From NCBI GenBank assembly GCA_039208735.1, contig JBCCQY010000030.1, positions 9,815 through 73,814 on the forward strand: 64,000 nt of DNA. Reading direction: 5' to 3'. This DNA comes from Myxococcota bacterium (GTDB lineage: Bacteria; Myxococcota_A; UBA796; GCA-2862545). The notes beneath the pieces are model-generated. The model saw only the letters and a list, made by a program, of their open reading frames with translations, ran no database searches and was not told where the DNA came from. Below, in pieces: positions 57,267-64,000 of the stretch; position 1 is the first letter of the stretch, and every line of letters begins with the position of its first letter. The position numbers and the translations under genes were made by a program.

Positions 57267-59081
57267 ATGCTCGAGAACTTCGGCGCCGTTTGGCGCCTGA
57301 TGCGCGACTCCGCGCTCGACTACGCGCTTGCCATTCTGGCCATGGTGATTGCGTCCATCTTCCTATTTACGGCGCCGCTCATCCCCCAAGCCGTGATCGA
57401 TGGGGTCCTGGTCCCCACCGACAACCCGGGTCCGCTCGTACGGCTTCCCGTCGCTTGGCTGGGCGGCGCCGACTACGTCCGTGAACATCTCTGGGTGGCC
57501 GCGGTGGCCTACATCGCGCTCACCGCGGTGGCCGGCCTGGCCACCTACCTGCGGTTGCGATGGGCCGCCCTGGCCTCTGAAGGCATCGTCCAGCGGCTTC
57601 GGGATGAGCTGTATGACCACCTGCAGCGACTCACCGCCAACGCGCTCGACGACAACCCGAGTGGGGACTTGATCCAGCGCTGCACGTCGGATGTCGAAAC
57701 CATCCGGGTGTTCTTCTCAAGTCAAATCACCGAGATTGCCCGATCGCTGGTGATGTTCCTTGTGCCCATCCCCATGATGCTGCTCGTCGATGTGCGCATG
57801 ACGGGCCTCTCGATGGTCTTGCTGCCTATCATCGTCGGCTTTTCGTCTGTGTTCTTCCTGCGCGTAGGGAAGGTGTTCGAGGTGGCCGATGAGGCCGAGG
57901 GCGAACTGACGACCGCAGTCCAGGAAAACCTGACGGGGATTCGGGTGGTCCGAGCCTTTGGCCGCCAAGACCACGAAGAAACGCGCTTTGGTGAAAAGAA
58001 CCAGGCCTATCGCAAGGCGGACCTTGCCTTGTACCGCCTGTTCGCGACCTTCTGGTCGGTGTCGGACTGGCTGACCTTCACTCAGACCGCACTCGTGCTC
58101 GGGGGCGGCATCGCGCTTGTGTGGCAGGGCGAGCTGGCCGTAGGCGCGCTCTACTACTTCCTCACGGTGGTCGGGATGTTCATGTACCCGATGAGACAGA
58201 TGGGCCGCATCTTGTCCGACCTCGGCAAGGCGATGGTGGCGTTGAAGCGGATTCGCGTCGTCCTCGATGCTCCGACCGAGCGCCCCATCGAACGCGAGCA
58301 ACCGCTGGTCGGGGCGCAGGGCGGAATCGTGTTCGACAACGTCACGTTCCGCTACCAGCCCGAACTCGAGCCGGCCATTTCCGGGCTCTCGTTGACGATT
58401 GCTCCCAAGTCCACCGTGGCCTTCGTAGGGCCGTCAGGGGCCGGGAAGTCGACACTCGTGTCGTTGCTCATGCGCCTGTACGATCCGTCCGAGGGCACCA
58501 TCGAACTCGATGGCATCGACCTGACCACGCTCGAGCGAACCGAGCTGCGCCGACGGCTTGCCGTGGTGCTTCAGGAACCGTTCCTCTTTTCGAAGTCGCT
58601 GCGCAACAACCTTCGACTCGGCCGAGCGGACGCCACCGATGCCGAGGTGGAACAAGCCGCCCGCATCGCCCACATCCACAGCACGATCGAAGGCTTCGAC
58701 CAAGGCTACGACACGGTGGTGGGCGAGCGAGGGGTCACGCTCTCGGGTGGCCAACGCCAACGCACCTCGCTTGCACGGGGGCTCTTGCAAGACCCGGCGG
58801 TGCTCATCCTCGATGACACCCTCTCTGCGGTCGACACCGAAACCGAGACCGCCATTCTCGCCAAACTCCGTGAGCGACGCGGCGTGCAGACCACCATTCT
58901 CATTGCCCACCGCCTGTCGACGGTGGCGCTCGCAGACCACATCTTCGTGCTCGACGAGGGACGACTCGTGCAGTCGGGCACCCACGCCGAACTTCTGGCC
59001 CAAGGCGGTCCCTATGCGGATCTGTGGGCCTTGCAGACCGAACAGGCCGACGCGTCGAACGCGAACCGGGAGGCCTCATGA
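57267..59081 (+). CDS. ABC exporter subunit (TMD-NBD), degenerate Walker B
   Basis: GPSGAGKS, LSGGQRQR, ILDDTLSAVD (catalytic Glu replaced by Asp), AHR. Confidence 0.93.
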   Translation: MLENFGAVWRLMRDSALDYALAILAMVIASIFLFTAPLIPQAVIDGVLVPTDNPGPLVRLPVAWLGGADYVREHLWVAAVAYIALTAVAGLATYLRLRWAALASEGIVQRLRDELYDHLQRLTANALDDNPSGDLIQRCTSDVETIRVFFSSQITEIARSLVMFLVPIPMMLLVDVRMTGLSMVLLPIIVGFSSVFFLRVGKVFEVADEAEGELTTAVQENLTGIRVVRAFGRQDHEETRFGEKNQAYRKADLALYRLFATFWSVSDWLTFTQTALVLGGGIALVWQGELAVGALYYFLTVVGMFMYPMRQMGRILSDLGKAMVALKRIRVVLDAPTERPIEREQPLVGAQGGIVFDNVTFRYQPELEPAISGLSLTIAPKSTVAFVGPSGAGKSTLVSLLMRLYDPSEGTIELDGIDLTTLERTELRRRLAVVLQEPFLFSKSLRNNLRLGRADATDAEVEQAARIAHIHSTIEGFDQGYDTVVGERGVTLSGGQRQRTSLARGLLQDPAVLILDDTLSAVDTETETAILAKLRERRGVQTTILIAHRLSTVALADHIFVLDEGRLVQSGTHAELLAQGGPYADLWALQTEQADASNANREAS

Positions 59082-60871
59082 GCAGCGACTTTTACGAAGA
59101 CGACTCGTTTAAGCCCACGCGACTCGACGTTGCGCTGTGGGGTCGCATCCTGGCGCGGACGCAGCCCTACCGCACGGAACTCATCGGCATGGCCACGATG
59201 GGCCTACTCATTGCCGGTGTTGACATCGCCATTCCCTTGATCACGGCCACGTTGGTCGACGGTGCGAGTGCCCACTCCGACGTGAGCGATCTGGTGCCGT
59301 ACGGGGGCCTGTACTTCGTACTCCTGTCGATCCTTGCGGCCGCGGTGTACGTCTTCATCTGGCTCGCCGGCCGAATCGCAACGGGGATGGCCCACGATTT
59401 CAGGCGCGACGGGTTCGCCAAGTTTCAGCGTCTCGAGTTCGCCTTCTACGACCAGCACGCCATCGGCTGGCTCGTGGCTCGCCTGACATCGGACGTCGGG
59501 AAGGTCTCGAGCTTGCTGCCCTGGCTCTTGCTCGACATGTGCTGGGGTTCGGCCACCATTTTCGGAGCTAGCCTCGCGATGCTCTGGTTCGACCCGTGGC
59601 TTGCCATGGTCGTGCTCGTGGTCGTCCCCCCCATGGGCCTCGTGAGCCTGTGGTTCCAACGCACCCTGCTCGACAGTTCGCGCAAGGTACGCCGAGCGAA
59701 CGCCCGCATCACAGCGTCGTTCAACGAGGCCTTGGGGGGTGTCCGCACCACGAAGGCGCTGGCTCGAGAGGTCGACAACCTGGGCGAGTTCCAGGAGTTG
59801 ACCGATGACATGTTCCAACGCTCCTTGCGGCGATCGCTCGAATCCGCGGTCTACCTGCCTTTGGTCGTCCTGCTGTCGAGCATCGGCGTGGGCCTGGCGT
59901 TGTGGGTCGGCGGCGCCAACGCGGGCACGTCGGTTTCCCTCGGTACGCTCATTGCCTTCATGCAATACGCCGCTTTGTTCTCGGGCCCGATTCGGGACCT
60001 CGCCCAAAAATTCACCGAATTGCAGGCGGCCCAAGCCGCCGCCGAGCGAATCGGGACTCTGCTCGACGCGGAACCCGCCATCCAATCCCCCGAAGAGCCG
60101 GTGGTGCGAGCGCCGGGAACGCCGGTACGACGCATCGACTTCGCGTCCGTCGACTTTGCCTACAAGCCCGAAGAACCGGTGTTGCAGGACTGCACCTTCA
60201 CCGTGCGGGCCGGCCAGACCATCGCGCTGGTTGGCCCGACGGGAGGCGGTAAATCCACCATCGTCAAGCTGCTATCCAGATTCTACGACGTGACGAACGG
60301 AAGCATCGCCATCGACCATGTCGATCTCCGGGACTGGGACTTGAAGGACCTGCAGCGCCAGTTCGGCATTGTCCTTCAAGATCCGCATCTGTTCAGCGGC
60401 ACTATCGCCGACAACCTTCGCTACGGGCGGCTGGACGCCACCGACGCCGAGGTTCGCGACGCGGCGGCTCTTGTGCATGCCGACCGGTTCATCGAGCGTC
60501 TGCCCGACGGCTACGAGACCCGGGTGGGCGAGGGCGGAAGTCGATTGTCGACCGGGCAGCGTCAGCTCGTGGCGCTCGGACGAGCGGTACTCGCCGATCC
60601 TCAGATCTTCATCTTGGATGAAGCCACGTCTTCGGTCGACACCGAGACCGAACGGGCCATCCAGGCAGGGATCCAGGCCGCCATGCAAGGACGCATTGCG
60701 TTTGTGATCGCCCATCGCTTGTCCACGATTCGCGATGCGGACGGCATCCTTTTCGTGAAGGACGGACGGATCGCCGAGCGAGGCACCCACGCTGAACTCG
60801 TGGCCAAAGGCGGCCTGTACGCCGGGCTTGTCGATCGGCACCGCCCCACCGCATTTGCGGCGAGCGCATGA
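59078..60871 (+). CDS. ABC exporter subunit (TMD-NBD), consensus Walker B
   Basis: GPTGGGKS, LSTGQRQL, ILDEATSSVD, AHR; ATGA overlap, heterodimer of BmrCD/MdlAB type. Confidence 0.94.
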   Translation: MSSDFYEDDSFKPTRLDVALWGRILARTQPYRTELIGMATMGLLIAGVDIAIPLITATLVDGASAHSDVSDLVPYGGLYFVLLSILAAAVYVFIWLAGRIATGMAHDFRRDGFAKFQRLEFAFYDQHAIGWLVARLTSDVGKVSSLLPWLLLDMCWGSATIFGASLAMLWFDPWLAMVVLVVVPPMGLVSLWFQRTLLDSSRKVRRANARITASFNEALGGVRTTKALAREVDNLGEFQELTDDMFQRSLRRSLESAVYLPLVVLLSSIGVGLALWVGGANAGTSVSLGTLIAFMQYAALFSGPIRDLAQKFTELQAAQAAAERIGTLLDAEPAIQSPEEPVVRAPGTPVRRIDFASVDFAYKPEEPVLQDCTFTVRAGQTIALVGPTGGGKSTIVKLLSRFYDVTNGSIAIDHVDLRDWDLKDLQRQFGIVLQDPHLFSGTIADNLRYGRLDATDAEVRDAAALVHADRFIERLPDGYETRVGEGGSRLSTGQRQLVALGRAVLADPQIFILDEATSSVDTETERAIQAGIQAAMQGRIAFVIAHRLSTIRDADGILFVKDGRIAERGTHAELVAKGGLYAGLVDRHRPTAFAASA

Positions 60872-60893
60872 CAAGCCCGCTACAGGGCGGTTG

Positions 60894-61454
60894 ATGCATG
60901 ACAACGTCGAGGTGCCCGAGGACATCCAACCTCGGGCCGATGGCGTGCTTCTCCCCGAAGTACGCGGCATCTACCACCCCTGGATGCGGTCGCGCAGCCT
61001 TGCCGCCATCGCCTTCGTGTTGCTGTCCGGGTTGATCCTCGCGGTGGCCGAAAGTGTGTTCGGGGCGTTGGCCCTGGGTGGCGCACTGTTTTTGGTGGTG
61101 TACGGCAGCCTTCGGCTCGCCGACCGAAACCGCCGATGGCCCGACGATGTGACGACGAGCCTGCAGATTCGGCAGTTTGATCTGTTGCTCGGGGAGGTTC
61201 GAATTCCTGCGGCTGACATTGTCCATTGTGAGGTGCATCGCACCTGGCACGACCCCAATCCCCGGGTTCGGGTGCGCACCCGCTACGGCACCTGGTCTCT
61301 GATGCTGAGTGCCTTTGATGGCGATGCCCAAGCGCGATGGATCGTCCGGACGATCCTCAAGATGGTGCGACGCTGGCGAGCGCGCGATGGCGAGCCCCCC
61401 AAAGAAGTGCGGGCGCTCTTGGCGCAAGCCCCATCGGCCCAATCCGAGGAGTGA
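60894..61454 (+). CDS. Two-TM membrane protein with PH-like cytoplasmic domain
   Basis: Two adjacent hydrophobic segments then a beta-rich domain; PH-like call is tentative. Confidence 0.6.
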   Translation: MHDNVEVPEDIQPRADGVLLPEVRGIYHPWMRSRSLAAIAFVLLSGLILAVAESVFGALALGGALFLVVYGSLRLADRNRRWPDDVTTSLQIRQFDLLLGEVRIPAADIVHCEVHRTWHDPNPRVRVRTRYGTWSLMLSAFDGDAQARWIVRTILKMVRRWRARDGEPPKEVRALLAQAPSAQSEE

Positions 61455-61478
61455 CGGCACCACGTTCCAGCTGATACC

Positions 61479-64000
61479 GTGAGAGACGTGACCGACGTTC
61501 CCATCGTCCATGATGCCTTCGTCGGCCGCGCTGACGAGCTGCAAGCCGTCGAGTCCGCGCTGGCGGGAGGGGTTCGACTCGTCACGTTGCTGGGCATGGG
61601 CGGCACGGGCAAGACGCGTCTTGCGCTCGAGTTCGCCGGACGACTGTCCCCGCCTCCGTTGTTCGTGGATCTTTCATCCTGCGAAAGCGACGACGACTGC
61701 ACGGCCACCTTTGCGGCGGCGCTCGAGCCGTGGGCCCCCATCGCGCATGCCGATGACATTGGGCCCACCCTCAAGGCCTGCGAGCTTTCCGTCGTGGTGC
61801 TGGATGCGTTCGAAGGCATCGCCGCGTTCGCTGCGCCACGGCTGCGGGGGTGGATGGGCGAGGCGCCCAACGTCCGGTTCGTGGTGACCTCTCGCGAACC
61901 CCTGGATCTGCGGGGCGAGCGACAGATCTTGATTGGTCCATTGAATCCTGCCGAGTCACTCCATCTGCTGTCCCAACGCGCACAAGACGTCGATTACCGC
62001 TTCGATCCCACCGCCCATACCGACGTACTTGCGCAAATCGTGGAACGGCTCGAGGGGCTGCCACTCGCCATCGAGCTGGCCGCCAATCGTCTGCAGACCC
62101 TGTCTCCTCCGCAACTGCTGGCCCGCCTCGACGACCGGCTCGCCGTGTTGAAAACCAACCGCAGCCACCTGCCCACCCGCCATGCGGCGCTCGAAGCCAC
62201 CCTCGACGATGCATGGACGCAACTGAGCCCCGACGACCGCGCAGCCCTCGCGGCGACCACGGTCTTCCCCGCTCCGTTTACCATCGAGGCCGCCGAGGCG
62301 GTCTTACAGTCTGTGGACCAACCTGCACTCGACCGGATCCAACGCCTTGTCGCGCGCGGTCTGCTTCGTGTGGTGACCCCGCCGAAAGGAGAACGACGGC
62401 TCGCCATGCTCGAGGTCGTCAGGGAGTACGCGGACCGAAAGCTCGAACCTGACGCGCGCGCCACTCTACAGGCGCGGCATGCCGCCCACTACCTCGACCT
62501 CATCGCAGACCTGCTGACCGTGGATGGGTTTGCGCAACGGCTCCACCAAGGAGTCGAATCGGCTCTACTCCCCGAAGCGGCGCACCTCGAAGGCGTCGTC
62601 GCCCGAGACGGGTTGCCCGTGTCCCAACGCATCGACGCCACGATTGCGACGGTCATCATCTTGGGGGACGTAGGACCTGCAGCACGCCTGGCTCGGTCCT
62701 TGGCGCTTGCGCAGTCCCTCGCCGACCAGGCGACCCCGCACCAGGCCGCCCGTTTGAGCTTTGTCACCTTGTACGCGGCTCGCTTTCATGGCATCGACCC
62801 TCCTTCGTTGCCGCGTCTGGTCGGAGACTTCGAGGTGTGGCGCAAAGAGGGCGACGACAGCTGGGCGGCCCTCTTCGCCAAAGCGATTTCCGACCATCCC
62901 GCGATCGATTCGCGTGAGACACCCCATTGGGTCCATCGCGCATCGGAGTTGGGTGCCGCGGCCAAGACACCCTGGCTCGGAGCGGTCCTCCAGGAAGGTC
63001 CGGCGGGACTCCGATCCGCCCGCGGAACCTACGCCGAAGCCTTCGATGCCGCCAACGAGATGGTCCAACTTGCCGAACAGCTCGGACATCCCCGATTTCT
63101 TAGGGTCTGGCTCAACCATCGCAGCGTGATGTGGTTTGAGCAGGGACACCTCAACGAAGCGCTCGCGGATGTCGCTCGCGTCGAAGAACTCACCGAGGCA
63201 AACGGTCAATCCCTGTCGCTCTCCCTGTTGACCAACAAGGTCGAGTACCTCTATGCGGCCGGCCGCCACGAAGAGGCGCACGCCACCATCCAAATGGCGC
63301 GAACCTTCGAACAACGAACGGGAAAGCGAGCCAGCTCCCTCGCCGGCCTGCCTCGTGCGGAGGCGCTCCTTGCCCTGGCCGAAGGGCGCGTGGACGATGC
63401 CGAGGCCATGATGAGTGCGCCCAACCTCCGACAACGGGTCCGTGAACCTGGCCTGATGGATAGCATCGCGCAATCAAGCCTCGCGATTACCGCCTTGCTT
63501 CGAGGCGATCCCAAGACGGCTCGAGACCGGCTCGATCGAGCGATTCACCTGCAGGTTCCACTGCGGCAGGAACGCACGGATCTCTGCCTCGATCTTGGGC
63601 TTCGTGCCCTCGCGCACGCCCGCTTAGGTCTTCGCGCGGAGGCCGAGGAGGACCACGCGGCGGCGCTCGAGGAGGCACAGCGCTGGCAAGGTCGGCGTTT
63701 CGACCTCACCCTGGCGGCCCTACAAGCGGCGATCGACGTGCGGTTCGAGACGCCAGGCGCCCGCCAGCTCGCCCATGGACTACTCGAGCCCTTCTCGCGC
63801 ACGGAAGTGCCCCAATACGCGGAACTTCACATCGCCATGGCCCTGTTGCGGGGCGAACTCGGGGCCCTGCCGGGTGATGCGGTGTTGCGATTGGGTTCGG
63901 ACCTGTCGTGGGTCCAGGTCGAAGGTCGAGAACGGGTACCGCTCGAACGCCGTCCCGTTTCCCGCAGCCTCTTGACCGCGTTGGTCAACGCCCGACGCGA
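61479..64000 (+). CDS. STAND-type ATPase (COG3903-like) with TPR region, 3' truncated by window edge
   Basis: FVGR, LVTLLGMGGTGKTRLA, VVLDAFE, VTSREPL, LEGLPLAIELAA, TRHAAL; same frame at 63951 (ERVPLERRPVSRSLL). Absent from the ORF track, presumably because no stop occurs in the window. Confidence 0.85.
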   Translation, partial: MRDVTDVPIVHDAFVGRADELQAVESALAGGVRLVTLLGMGGTGKTRLALEFAGRLSPPPLFVDLSSCESDDDCTATFAAALEPWAPIAHADDIGPTLKACELSVVVLDAFEGIAAFAAPRLRGWMGEAPNVRFVVTSREPLDLRGERQILIGPLNPAESLHLLSQRAQDVDYRFDPTAHTDVLAQIVERLEGLPLAIELAANRLQTLSPPQLLARLDDRLAVLKTNRSHLPTRHAALEATLDDAWTQLSPDDRAALAATTVFPAPFTIEAAEAVLQSVDQPALDRIQRLVARGLLRVVTPPKGERRLAMLEVVREYADRKLEPDARATLQARHAAHYLDLIADLLTVDGFAQRLHQGVESALLPEAAHLEGVVARDGLPVSQRIDATIATVIILGDVGPAARLARSLALAQSLADQATPHQAARLSFVTLYAARFHGIDPPSLPRLVGDFEVWRKEGDDSWAALFAKAISDHPAIDSRETPHWVHRASELGAAAKTPWLGAVLQEGPAGLRSARGTYAEAFDAANEMVQLAEQLGHPRFLRVWLNHRSVMWFEQGHLNEALADVARVEELTEANGQSLSLSLLTNKVEYLYAAGRHEEAHATIQMARTFEQRTGKRASSLAGLPRAEALLALAEGRVDDAEAMMSAPNLRQRVREPGLMDSIAQSSLAITALLRGDPKTARDRLDRAIHLQVPLRQERTDLCLDLGLRALAHARLGLRAEAEEDHAAALEEAQRWQGRRFDLTLAALQAAIDVRFETPGARQLAHGLLEPFSRTEVPQYAELHIAMALLRGELGALPGDAVLRLGSDLSWVQVEGRERVPLERRPVSRSLLTALVNARR

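Noticed and set aside
57267..60871. Degenerate Walker B in the first ABC subunit as a sign of decay
   Set aside because: One degenerate and one consensus site is normal for heterodimeric exporters.

Overview
GC-rich bacterial chromosomal window, densely coding, with no mobile element, CRISPR array or rRNA detected. Gene content (Agl/Glt-like TPR cluster, ECF-kinase and ECF-caspase modules, FHA and STAND proteins, many Cys-rich lipoproteins) suggests Myxococcota; this is inference. 46-11455 (-): dacB followed by a coupled cluster of four envelope proteins (three TPR-rich), a GltF/NfsF-like miniprotein and an AglRQS-type (TolQ + 2 TolR/ExbD) motor. The middle holds housekeeping genes (NtrC-type regulator, tRNA-Phe, fdx, iscA-like, nusB, ribH, ribBX, pal, sufT, gshA, rlmB, phoH2, a sigma-70) mixed with lipoproteins. 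The right end has a lipoprotein-ECF-anti-sigma-exported caspase operon, a heterodimeric ABC exporter preceded by an unannotated 11-aa leader ORF in a structured leader, and a STAND ATPase running off the window. Highlights: the DacB-linked Agl/Glt paralogue whose motor has Asn in place of the usual TM Asp in one subunit, the candidate leader-peptide attenuator, the exported-caspase ECF module, and several apparent pseudoenzymes. All family calls come from motif recognition by eye, with no database search; start codons were often trimmed relative to the ORF track.
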